A stretch of 11,217 bases of DNA, taken from positions 1 to 11,217 of the forward strand of contig JAXMNT010000098.1 in NCBI GenBank assembly GCA_034670305.1, written 5' to 3'. This DNA comes from Deltaproteobacteria bacterium. Its GTDB lineage: Bacteria; Myxococcota_A; Polyangia; Polyangiales; Houyiibacteriaceae. The notes under the pieces were generated by a model. The model was not told where the DNA came from, ran no database searches, and worked only from the letters and a program-made list of their open reading frames with translations. Below are positions 1 through 8,641 of the stretch, piece after piece (within the stretch, counting starts at the first letter, position 1; each line of letters starts with the position of its first letter). A program made the translations under genes and the position numbers.

Positions 1-40
1 CGCGATGCTCGTCGCGCTGATCAAGCGATCTGACCGCTGA
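1..40 (+). CDS. Possible 3' end of an upstream gene (partial, ...AMLVALIKRSDR*)
   Basis: Frame 2 is open from base 2 to TGA at 38-40 with mostly G/C third positions. It is followed by non-coding repeats and a hairpin. Too short to identify. Confidence 0.35.
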   Translation, partial: AMLVALIKRSDR

Positions 41-45
41 TCCGC

Positions 46-82
46 GGGCAAGGGCAAAGGCAAGGGCAGGGGCAAGGGGCAG
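46..82 (+). repeat. Imperfect GGGCAA hexamer tandem repeat (~6 copies)
   Basis: Read directly: gggcaa gggcaa aggcaa gggcag gggcaa ggggcag. Confidence 0.85.
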
Positions 83-124
83 GCTGCGAGAACGCCCTGC
101 GGGCGTTCTTCAGCAACCTGCTAG
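79..124. terminator. Intergenic inverted repeat: possible terminator and/or IS-end-derived miniature element
   Basis: Perfect 9-bp stem AGAACGCCC (89-97) / GGGCGTTCT (101-109) with a 3-nt loop. Outer arms GCAGGCTGC (79-87) / GCAACCTGC (113-121) have one mismatch, and CTAG lies at 121-124. It sits just downstream of the SDR stop and has no long U-tract. Confidence 0.45.
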
Positions 125-133
125 GCGGGGTCC

Positions 134-928
134 CTACTTCGTCGCGATGCGAACGATCTGGTCGACAAGGCCCGGCACCACGCCGCCGAGTCGGTGGAGC
201 GCTTTGCTGCCGACGTCCACGAGCATGAGCCACTTGCGCTGTTCGATGCCCTTGAGCCCTGCGTCGGCGATCTCGTCGGCGGTGAACATCCGGCTGAGTT
301 TGTAGATCGGGGGCAGGGACTCGAGCTGTTGCACCATCGGCGTGTCGCCGGGCGGCGGACAGAGCACCCGCACGTCGACGTTGGTGCCTTCGAGCTCCCC
401 GCGGAGCGCCTGGGCGTATCCCACGACCGCGAACTTGCTCGCGCAGTACCCAGCGAGCTCCGGGAAGCCGCGCAGACCCGCGACGCTGGCGACGAACGTG
501 AAGGTCGCACCGCCGTCGGCGTCCCGAAGCTGCGGAAGCAGGCCCTGACTGACATGGACCGAGCCGAGGTAGTTCACCCGGATCATGAAGTCGTAGTCGG
601 CGGGGGGCATCGACGCCGCCGGGCCAACCCTCAGCACGCCCGCGCAATGAATGACGTGCGCGACGTTGCCCAGCGTCTCCAGGGTGGTCTTGGCAGCGGC
701 TTCGACCGACGCCGGGTCGGTCACGTCGACGCGCACGCAGTGGGTGCGTGCCCGGGGGATCGAGGCCGCGGTCTGCGCGAGTCCTTCTTCGTTCAGATCC
801 CAGAGCGCGATGGTCTCTCCGCGCGCCGCCAGCTTCTGCGCGAAGGCGCGGCCGATGCCGCTCGCTGCGCCGGTGACCACCCAAGTGCCTCGGGCACGGG
901 AGGACTTGCGTTGGGGCCATCCAGTCAT
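134..928 (-). CDS. Classical short-chain dehydrogenase/reductase (SDR), probably NAD(H)-preferring, 264 aa
   Basis: TGAASGIG (TGxxxGxG), Asp at the end of beta2 (LWDLN), HCAG in place of NNAG, VNYLG, catalytic Ser (FVAS) and YCASK (YxxxK). Confidence 0.95.
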   Translation of the reverse strand: MTGWPQRKSSRARGTWVVTGAASGIGRAFAQKLAARGETIALWDLNEEGLAQTAASIPRARTHCVRVDVTDPASVEAAAKTTLETLGNVAHVIHCAGVLRVGPAASMPPADYDFMIRVNYLGSVHVSQGLLPQLRDADGGATFTFVASVAGLRGFPELAGYCASKFAVVGYAQALRGELEGTNVDVRVLCPPPGDTPMVQQLESLPPIYKLSRMFTADEIADAGLKGIEQRKWLMLVDVGSKALHRLGGVVPGLVDQIVRIATK

Positions 929-934
929 CCGCCG

Positions 935-943
935 AGTCTACCA
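935..943 (-). promoter_or_regulatory. Putative extended -10 promoter (TGG-TAGACT) for a leaderless SDR transcript
   Basis: Minus strand reads TGGTAGACT-cggcgg-ATG: TGn + TAnnnT exactly 6 nt before the ATG at 928, with no clear Shine-Dalgarno sequence. Confidence 0.6.
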
Positions 944-1056
944 GGTTGCCTGCAGACCTCCCGACACGACGCCCCTTCGCCCGGACACGAACGTGCAACC
1001 ACGGATCGCATCGGGGGCGTTCTGCGGAAAGCAGGCACCGCGTCTGCGGCGATCGA

Positions 1057-2286
1057 CTATTCCGCCTGCGGCACCGCGACGGCGGCGCCCGTCCACCACT
1101 CGTAGTCGCGGCCCATCGGGTCGCCGGTCGGAAAGAACACGAGGTAACTCATCGCGTCGTAGGGAAGAAAGCTTGGCCGGCCACTCATCACGTTCCCGAT
1201 CTGATGCACGGTGCGCCAGGTCCCAGTGTTGAAGTAGACGCTCGGCGCGCCATCGACCTGGCCGAGCGGCACCATCGACGAGAAGTGCGAGTGCCCGTTG
1301 ACCACGAAGCGGGCGCCGCGGGTCCGCTCGATCTCTTCGACGGCGCGATGGGCCATCTTGCCGTCGAACCCGCGCTGCAGTGCGCCATAGACGGCGGTCA
1401 GGCGCCGGTCGCTGCCCTTGGCGACGACCCGTTTGGTCGAGAGCTCCAACAGCAACTTGAGCTTCTGACCGGTGTGGAATCCAAAGCGGCGCTGTTCGAC
1501 CGCGCGGCGTTCCTTCATCCAGGACTTCACGAACGACTTGGAGAAGAAATCTTCCACGAGCGCGACCCACGTGTCGTGGGCAGGCCGCATCAGATCCCGG
1601 CGGATGAGCCCGAGCTGCCGGACCCAGGCGGGCACCGCGTAGATCGGCCGCACGTCGTCGATGTCGTCCAGCAACTGCGCGTGCTGCTCTTCGTCGACCA
1701 GCCGCTTCACCATGCTCGGAAAGCGCGTGATGAGTTCGAGGCCGATCGCGTCGCCGAGGGTCGAGCCACCATCGGGCGCGATGTTGATCGGGTCGCCGAC
1801 GTGTCCGTGGTAGGCGAGGACGCCGTGTTCGGGGAAGTCGATCCGCGCCGGGAACTCGACGTCTTCGTCCCGGCCGGTGAGCGCCAGCCAGATCGCGCGT
1901 CGGGCTTTCGGTGCGATGCCCAGGAGCCGGTCGTGGTTGCCGAGCAGGTACTGAAGTTCGAGCTCACCCGTCTGCACGCGGGATCGAATCGCGCCGAAGA
2001 ACTCGGACTCCCGCGCGATGATGCCGTTCACGATGTCCAAGATGACGCCGCGCACGCCTTCGCTCGGCTCGTGGTAGGGCCGGTGCGCGGTCTTCAGCCA
2101 GGTGGGAGACCGCACGAGGTCGAAGAGGTCGCCCACGAAGCAGAGGGTGGCGGGCCGCTTGCCGCGCGCGGCTTGAATGCGCGTCCAGAACCGCTCGAAC
2201 GTGGCGGCCCGCGGGACCTGGCTCCCGTGCAGCGCATCCGTGAGGTGGATGTCGCTGACGAAGATCAACATGGGCCGGTCGCTCAT
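1057..2286 (-). CDS. Calcineurin-like metallophosphoesterase (LpxH/YbbF-like motif set) with a large insertion, ~409 aa
   Basis: All five motifs are present: SDIH, GDLFD, GNHD, HGH, GHSH, plus C-terminal YFNTGTW. Start placed at ATG 2286 (MSDRP) rather than the ORF-track GTG at 2304 because a -10-like hexamer lies 6 nt upstream. Confidence 0.9.
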   Translation of the reverse strand: MSDRPMLIFVSDIHLTDALHGSQVPRAATFERFWTRIQAARGKRPATLCFVGDLFDLVRSPTWLKTAHRPYHEPSEGVRGVILDIVNGIIARESEFFGAIRSRVQTGELELQYLLGNHDRLLGIAPKARRAIWLALTGRDEDVEFPARIDFPEHGVLAYHGHVGDPINIAPDGGSTLGDAIGLELITRFPSMVKRLVDEEQHAQLLDDIDDVRPIYAVPAWVRQLGLIRRDLMRPAHDTWVALVEDFFSKSFVKSWMKERRAVEQRRFGFHTGQKLKLLLELSTKRVVAKGSDRRLTAVYGALQRGFDGKMAHRAVEEIERTRGARFVVNGHSHFSSMVPLGQVDGAPSVYFNTGTWRTVHQIGNVMSGRPSFLPYDAMSYLVFFPTGDPMGRDYEWWTGAAVAVPQAE

Positions 2287-2350
2287 GCACCCATAGTGCA
2301 CCACGCCCGCATGGCCTGGGTACCCACGCCCAAGGATCGCAGCGGAAGCG

Positions 2351-3467
2351 TCAGAAGGTCCGGGTCCAGACGCCTTGGTCCATCACGGTGTTCGACGACG
2401 CCACGTAGAGGCGCCGGCCTTGCCAGTCGACGGCGATCGACCGCACCTCCACACCGGAGAGCCCGAGCCCCGTCCAGGTGCGTCCGCCATCGGTGGTCGC
2501 ATGCACGTCGTTGCCCCAGCTTCCGGCGAACGCATGGTCCGGCTCGCCTGGATGCACGACGATCGCGCGCACGTCGCTGACTGGCATCGTTCGTTCTTCG
2601 AACGCGACGCCGTCGCCGACGTACAACTGCCCGCTGCCGAAGGAGGAACCTCGGTAGACATAGAAGCGGCCGGCGTCTGCATCGACCTTCCAGTTGCGGC
2701 CGGTCACCCCAGGCGGCGTCACGTCTCGGTAGTCGGCCCCGGCCGAGGTCCACCAGCGCGCACCGGTCGCCAGCACGCGCCCGTTGGTGATGGCGACATC
2801 GTAGGCGCGCACTTCGACGTCCGGCAGGTCGCTGTCGAACACCCAGCCGCCCGCGACGAGCACCTGGTGGCCCTGCGCGCGATCGGCGTTCTGGACCATG
2901 CCCGGGGGACGTCGTTCGGGCCGCCATTCACCATGGCGCCGGATGAAGTACTGCGTTCCTTCGCGCGGCGCGAGCCACAGCTCTTCGCCATCCGCCCCCA
3001 TCTCCCACGCGAAGCCGGGCGGGCGCGACACGTCGCGCCACTCCGAGCCGTCGAAGCGACGCAACGTGGAGGCGGTTGACAGGTAGAGGGCGCGCCCGTC
3101 GTGTACGACGATCGGGTCGTTCCCTTCGTCGACCAACTGTGTCCAGGCCGGGTCGTGGGGCCAGAACATGAGCGTGAGCCCGACCGCGAGACTTCCGAGG
3201 TGGTAGGCGGTCGAGAGCTGCTTCCCGACGTGGGCCCAGCGATCCGAGACGAAGACGCCGAGCACTTCGGCCAACGAGACGCGGTCCATGAAGAGGCCGA
3301 GCAGGGAGAGCAGCACGGTCGCGCCGGAGAGCCACGCGACGATGGTCCAGATCGGCCCGACCCACAGAAATCCCGCGACCACCACGAACTTGAAGATGGC
3401 CACGCCCCGCATCACCCGAGCGAGACCACCGAGCGCACGCTCCGCCCTCGGTGGTGCGGCCGGTGTG

Positions 3468-3475
<8 letters not shown>
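2351..3475 (-). CDS. Membrane-anchored protein with a C-terminal Asp-box (BNR)/beta-propeller-like domain, 374 aa
   Basis: About three hydrophobic N-terminal segments (VAIFKFVVVAGFLWVG, IWTIVAWLSGATVLLSLLGLF, LGSLAVGLTLMFW), then Trp/Gly-rich beta repeats including an Asp-box (ATTDGGRTW) and VRAIVVHP / VRSIAVD blades. GTG start is preceded by AAGGA and overlaps the upstream gene by 8 nt. Confidence 0.8.
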
Positions 3476-4280
<805 letters not shown>

Positions 4281-4293
4281 CGTTCCCGCCTCC

Positions 4294-4309
4294 CGGCCAA
4301 GGTTGGCCG
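4294..4309. promoter_or_regulatory. 16-bp dyad CGGCCAA-GG-TTGGCCG, candidate operator
   Basis: Perfect 7-bp arms with a 2-nt spacer, in the divergent intergenic region directly adjoining the RBS of the 270-aa gene. Confidence 0.4.
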
Positions 4310-4382
4310 AGTGGGCGATCTGCGGCAACTCGCGTTTCGACCCGAGCGTTGCGGCCTCCACGACCCGCGGCGTCCACGACGC

Positions 4383-4391
4383 TGCTATGCT
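4383..4391 (+). promoter_or_regulatory. Putative extended -10 promoter (TGC-TATGCT) for a leaderless RNB transcript
   Basis: TGCTATGCT-cgcacg-ATG(4398): TGn + TAnnnT 6 nt upstream of the start, with no SD sequence. Confidence 0.6.
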
Positions 4392-4397
4392 CGCACG

Positions 4398-6170
4398 ATG
4401 GCGGACAGGATGGCGGAGGAACGTTTTGCGATCGTCGAGGACGGCCGTGCCCGCATCCTCTGTGTGCCCTCCGAGCGGATCGAGCCGATCCAGGGTGCGG
4501 CGCCCGCGGACGGGGCCTACGTGGTCTGGTCCCCGGAGGGCTGCCAGGTGTTGGCCGAGGCCGGGAGCGCGAAGTCCAAGCTCTACGCGCTCGCCGCTTC
4601 CCGGGGCCTCGACCCGACCTTCTCCGAAGAGGTCCGCAAAGAAGTCGACCAGTGGCGTCGCGACCCCGGCATCGACGATCCCTCGCTCGAAGATCTGACG
4701 GAGATGCCGTTCGTGACCATCGACGGTCCGACGAGCAAGGACCTCGACCAGGCGCTGGTCGTCGAGCGGGACGGCGACGGATTCGTGGTCTGGTACGCGC
4801 TCGCCGATCCGTCGTACTTCGCCCAGCCCGGGAGCGCGCTCTTCGCCGAGGCCCTGCGCCGTGGCGCAAGTTTCTACCTGCCTGGCCTGATGGTGCCGAT
4901 GCTTCCGGAGGCGCTTTCCGAAGGGCTCGTCTCGCTCAACCCGGGCGTGGACCGGCGCGCGATGGTCTTCGTGATGCGGGTGGATGCGACGGGAAAGTGT
5001 TTCGACACGGAGCTCAAACACGCGCGGGTCCGCAGCCGCGCGAAGCTCGCGTTTGGGCAGGTCCAGTCGTTCTACGACGGGGACGAGACCGCGCTCGACA
5101 CGGGGTTCGCCGAGGGCGCGCAGGCGGAGCGGGCTGCGGTCGAGACGAGTCTCGGCGCGTTGGCCGAAGTCGGACTGCTGCGGGACCGGCGCGCGAGCGA
5201 ACGCGGCGTCGTGCGCTACCGGCGGGTCGAGGTCGCGGTGAAGCTCGGCGACCAAGGCCACCGGTTCGTGATCCTCCAGGACGTGCGCCGGCCGGTGGAG
5301 CGCTACAACGAACAGGTCTCGCTGCTCTGCAACGTCGAGGGCGCGAAGTTGCTTCGCGGCGCCATGCTCGCGGACGCCCTCGTCGACGCAGACGAAGGCC
5401 GGCCCGATGCCCGCATCGAACCCATCTTCCGAGTGCATCCTCCGCCGCCGGCGAACCGGCTCGAGATGTTCGAGAAGATCCTCGTCGCGCTTGCAGAGCG
5501 CCACGGTCTGGATTCGCGCCGCTGGTGTTGGACCCGGGGCCAAGACCTCGGAGCGTTCCTCGACGCCCTTCCCACCGAAGGACCGGAGGGCCGGATCGCG
5601 CGCGCCATTCATCGGCAGGCGGTCATCCTGAACACCCGCTCGACCTTCGGGCCGGAGCCGGGCGGCCACCACGGTGTGGGCGCGGATGTCTACGCGCGGT
5701 TCAGTGCGCCCATGCGCGAGATCGTCGGGGTCTACCTGCACATGGAGACGTGGCAGGCGCTCGGCACGAAGACGGCCGACGACCCGGCGCTCCGAGCGCA
5801 GGTCGTCGAGCGGGCGAACGAGTCCAAGCGGGTGCAGCGGTCGCTCACCGACCAGTCCAACCGCTTGGTGCTCGACCAGCTCTTCGAGGGCGCCACCGAG
5901 TCCGACCGGTTCTTCGGCACCGTGATGGGGCTCAACCGCGGCAAGGTCTATGTGTTGCTCGACCAGCCGCCCATCGATGTGAAGATCTACCTCGGCCACC
6001 AAGAGAAGTTCTCTGGGGGTGAACTCTCGATCGACGAGAGCGGCACCGAGCTGCTCGACGACACGACTTCGGTGTGCCGCCTCGGCGACCGGGTGGACGT
6101 CGTCGTGCGCGGCCGAGACGAGAAGCGCGACCGCTGGATCCTCACGGTGGCCACGAAGGAGCGTTCATGA
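4398..6170 (+). CDS. RNB-domain ribonuclease (RNase II/RNase R family), 590 aa, with a C-terminal S1/OB-like domain
   Basis: DLTEMPFVTIDGPTSKDLDQAL, ADPSYF, EALRRGASFYLPGLMVPMLPEALSEGLVSLNPGVDRRA, IFRVHPPP, HHGVG..YARFSAPMRE and a C-terminal beta-rich S1-like region. The 960-aa ORF's N-terminal extension is antisense to other genes. An alternative start exists at 4410. Confidence 0.92.
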   Translation: MADRMAEERFAIVEDGRARILCVPSERIEPIQGAAPADGAYVVWSPEGCQVLAEAGSAKSKLYALAASRGLDPTFSEEVRKEVDQWRRDPGIDDPSLEDLTEMPFVTIDGPTSKDLDQALVVERDGDGFVVWYALADPSYFAQPGSALFAEALRRGASFYLPGLMVPMLPEALSEGLVSLNPGVDRRAMVFVMRVDATGKCFDTELKHARVRSRAKLAFGQVQSFYDGDETALDTGFAEGAQAERAAVETSLGALAEVGLLRDRRASERGVVRYRRVEVAVKLGDQGHRFVILQDVRRPVERYNEQVSLLCNVEGAKLLRGAMLADALVDADEGRPDARIEPIFRVHPPPPANRLEMFEKILVALAERHGLDSRRWCWTRGQDLGAFLDALPTEGPEGRIARAIHRQAVILNTRSTFGPEPGGHHGVGADVYARFSAPMREIVGVYLHMETWQALGTKTADDPALRAQVVERANESKRVQRSLTDQSNRLVLDQLFEGATESDRFFGTVMGLNRGKVYVLLDQPPIDVKIYLGHQEKFSGGELSIDESGTELLDDTTSVCRLGDRVDVVVRGRDEKRDRWILTVATKERS

Positions 6171-7144
6171 GTTCGAAGTGGTTTCTGGGCGCGCTGATGT
6201 CTGCACTCTTGGGCTTTGCGGGCTGTGCGAGTGGCGGCAACGGCCGACCAGACGCAGGTCCCGGAGGCGACGGAGGCATGGAGGACGCCGGGCCGATGGC
6301 CGATGCGCCGGGCACCGACGCGCCTCCTTCTGGAGCGTGTGCAGGACAGCCCGAAGGCACCCCGTGCGACGCGGACGGTGACGGCTGCTCGCAGGATCTG
6401 TGTCGTCGCGGGGCGTGTGTGCTCGGCGGACTGGCGGAGTGCAACGACGGCCTCTCGTGCACCACCGATCAATGCGTCTCCACGGGCGCCATGACCTTCC
6501 GCTGCGACAACGTCTCCACCGGATGTGTGATCGACGGCCGCTGCTTCGACGTCGGCACCCGCAACCCCGACGAAGACTGCCAGGTCTGCGACGCCAGCAC
6601 GCCCATGAGCTGGAGCATCTCCACCGGGACCTGTGACGACGGGGACGCGTGCACGATCGAAGACAGCTGCTCGAGCGGCACCTGCGTCGGAACGCCGAAC
6701 GTGGATGCCTACGAGAGCAACGATGTCCGGACCGCGGCGAACGACCTCGGCCGCATCGACGACGGCGCGGGTTTCCCGCACCAAACCGAGAACCCGACCA
6801 TGTACCCGATGGGCGACGTGGATTGGTTCCGCTTCCACGACTCCGACGAGTTCGGGCACGCCATCTACCCGCAGGTCGGGATCCGCGACATCCCGTCCGG
6901 ATCGAACTACGACCTGTGCGCGTATGCGACCTGCGACACGACGTGCGAGACGGGCACCGCCGCGACCTTCGATGGTCTGCAGGGCTGCTGCAGCCGCTCG
7001 GCGAGCAACGCCGACGAAGAAGTGCGCTTGAACCCAGACTGCTCGGGCGCCGATGACAGCGTCGATGTGTTCATCCACGTGGTGCAGGTGAGTGGCCCGG
7101 CGACCTGCACGACCCCGTACTCCCTGCGCTGGGGCGACGACTGA
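6167..7144 (+). CDS. Cys-rich lipoprotein with CxDGxxCTxDxC repeats and a C-terminal PPC-like domain, 325 aa
   Basis: AAGGAG RBS at 6156-6161 and an ATGA overlap with the RNB stop. Signal peptide with lipobox FAG-C20, a DAG-rich linker and 25 Cys. Repeats: CDADGDGCSQDLC, CNDGLSCTTDQC, CDDGDACTIEDSC. The DAYESND...DVDWFRF...NYDL pattern is typical of PPC-like domains. Confidence 0.88.
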   Translation: MSSKWFLGALMSALLGFAGCASGGNGRPDAGPGGDGGMEDAGPMADAPGTDAPPSGACAGQPEGTPCDADGDGCSQDLCRRGACVLGGLAECNDGLSCTTDQCVSTGAMTFRCDNVSTGCVIDGRCFDVGTRNPDEDCQVCDASTPMSWSISTGTCDDGDACTIEDSCSSGTCVGTPNVDAYESNDVRTAANDLGRIDDGAGFPHQTENPTMYPMGDVDWFRFHDSDEFGHAIYPQVGIRDIPSGSNYDLCAYATCDTTCETGTAATFDGLQGCCSRSASNADEEVRLNPDCSGADDSVDVFIHVVQVSGPATCTTPYSLRWGDD

Positions 7145-7174
7145 CGAGACCGTACGCGTGGTCGCTCTTCGGGG

Positions 7175-8599
7175 TCAGTCGCGCAGGTCGAGTTCTTTCA
7201 TCTTCGTCTGCAGGCTCTTGCGCGAGATCTTCAGAAGCCGCGCCGCGTGGGTGACGTTGCCGCCGGTGCGGTCGAGGGCGCGCTGGATGAGTTCGCGTTC
7301 GAGTCGGGCGGTGGCTTCGCGCACCACGTCTTTGAGTCCGGCTTCGGGGCCGGCGGCGTCGACTGCGGCAGCGGCGTCCACGGCGGGATCCGAGATGCGC
7401 CCGGTGCCGCCATCGACGCCGGCGACTTCGGGCGGCAGGTGTTCGAGCTCCACCTGGGTGCCATCACAGAAGAGCATGCAGCGCTCGACCACGTTCTCGA
7501 GTTCGCGGATGTTCCCGGGCCACTGGTAGGTGAGCAGCACGCGGCGGGCTTCTTCGGAGAAGCCTTCGATGTTGCGCGAGAGGCGGGTGTTGAACCGGCC
7601 GAGAAAGTACTCGAGCAGGAGGGGGATGTCGCCGGTGCGTTCGCGGAGCGGGGGCAAGCGCATGTGCACGACGTTGAGCCGGTAGAACAGATCTTCCCGG
7701 AACCGGCCCTCGGCGATGTCGGCTTTCAGGTCGCGGTTCGTGGCCGCCACGAGTCGCACGTCGACTTGGGTCGTCTTGATGCCGCCGACCCGCTCGAACT
7801 CCTGCTCCTGGATCGCGCGCAAGAGTTTCACCTGCATGCTGATCGGGATCTCTCCGATCTCGTCCAAAAAGAGCGTGCCGCCGTGCGCGAGTTCGAAGCG
7901 TCCGGGTTTGGACGTGACCGCGCCGGTGAAGGCGCCCTTCTCGTAGCCGAAGAGCTCGCTCTCGATCAGGTCGGGCGGAATCGCGGCGCAGTTCACCTTG
8001 ATGAACGGCTCGTTCGATCGACCGCCGTGTTCGTGGAGCGCCCGCGCGATGAGCTCCTTGCCGGTGCCGCTGTCGCCGGTCACGAGCACCGTGCTCGGCG
8101 TGTTCGCGACCTTCGAGATGATGTCGTAGATGGTCTGCATCAACTCGGACGTGCCGATGATGTTGAAGCGGCCGCGGCTGTCGTCTTCTTCGCGTTCGGG
8201 GGCGACGGTGACGGCCTGGCTCGCCAGGTCGCGGGTACGCGTGGCCTTCTCGATGACGTTCTTCAGTTCGGTCCGGTCGAAGGGCTTCGTCACATAGTCG
8301 AACGCGCCGAGCTTCAGCGCTTCGACCGCGGTGTCGACGGTGCCGTGGGCGGTGATCATGATCACGGGCACATCCGGGTGGGACTTCGTCACCGACTTGA
8401 GCAGCTCCATGCCATCGAGCTTCGGCATTCGCAGATCCGTGATGATCACGTCGATGTGGTGTTCGGCCAGCGTGGCGAGTGCGGCTTCGCCATCGGCCAC
8501 CGCGTGGACCTCGTACCCATCGCGGCGCAGCTGCGCCTCTAGCACCCGCCGAAGGTTCGGTTCGTCGTCGGCGACGAGGACCTGTTTCTGGTCCGCCAC
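7175..8599 (-). CDS. Sigma54-dependent response regulator (NtrC/AtoC-type enhancer-binding protein: REC-AAA+-Fis HTH), 474 aa
   Basis: Receiver domain (VADDE, ITDLRMP, ITAHG, KPF), Walker A GDSGTGKE, ESELFGYEKGAFTGA, Walker B LFLDEIGE, FREDLFYRLNV, WPGNIREL and HTH GGNVTHAARLLKISRKSL. Confidence 0.97.
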   Translation of the reverse strand: MADQKQVLVADDEPNLRRVLEAQLRRDGYEVHAVADGEAALATLAEHHIDVIITDLRMPKLDGMELLKSVTKSHPDVPVIMITAHGTVDTAVEALKLGAFDYVTKPFDRTELKNVIEKATRTRDLASQAVTVAPEREEDDSRGRFNIIGTSELMQTIYDIISKVANTPSTVLVTGDSGTGKELIARALHEHGGRSNEPFIKVNCAAIPPDLIESELFGYEKGAFTGAVTSKPGRFELAHGGTLFLDEIGEIPISMQVKLLRAIQEQEFERVGGIKTTQVDVRLVAATNRDLKADIAEGRFREDLFYRLNVVHMRLPPLRERTGDIPLLLEYFLGRFNTRLSRNIEGFSEEARRVLLTYQWPGNIRELENVVERCMLFCDGTQVELEHLPPEVAGVDGGTGRISDPAVDAAAAVDAAGPEAGLKDVVREATARLERELIQRALDRTGGNVTHAARLLKISRKSLQTKMKELDLRD

Positions 8600-8641
8600 C
8601 TCAGTGGCCCCAGTCCGTGGTGAAACGCTTGTGGGCGACGC

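Noticed and set aside
1033..1047. Sigma54-like GG-N10-GC site (AGGCACCGCGTCTGC) on the plus strand
   Set aside because: Deviates from TGGCAC-N5-TTGC and points antisense into the phosphoesterase with no downstream gene; expected by chance at this GC content.
946..2580. 544-aa plus-strand ORF and other long overlapping ORFs (194-1105, 4052-6022, 5987-7078, 7247-8542, 8819-10366)
   Set aside because: Antisense or off-frame shadows of genes with clear family motifs; they are Arg/Pro/Ala-rich or mirror-codon translations with no motifs.
4281..6002. N-terminal part of the 844-aa minus-strand ORF
   Set aside because: Antisense shadow of the RNB gene, typical of high-GC codon bias; the real gene has a good RBS and start at 4280.
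6074..6166. ORF-track start of the Cys-rich protein at 6074
   Set aside because: Lies inside the RNB gene; the signal peptide, AAGGAG RBS and ATGA overlap identify 6167 as the start.
7145..7174. Terminator between the convergent lipoprotein and regulator genes
   Set aside because: Only a weak GACC/GGTC stem with no U-tract on either strand.
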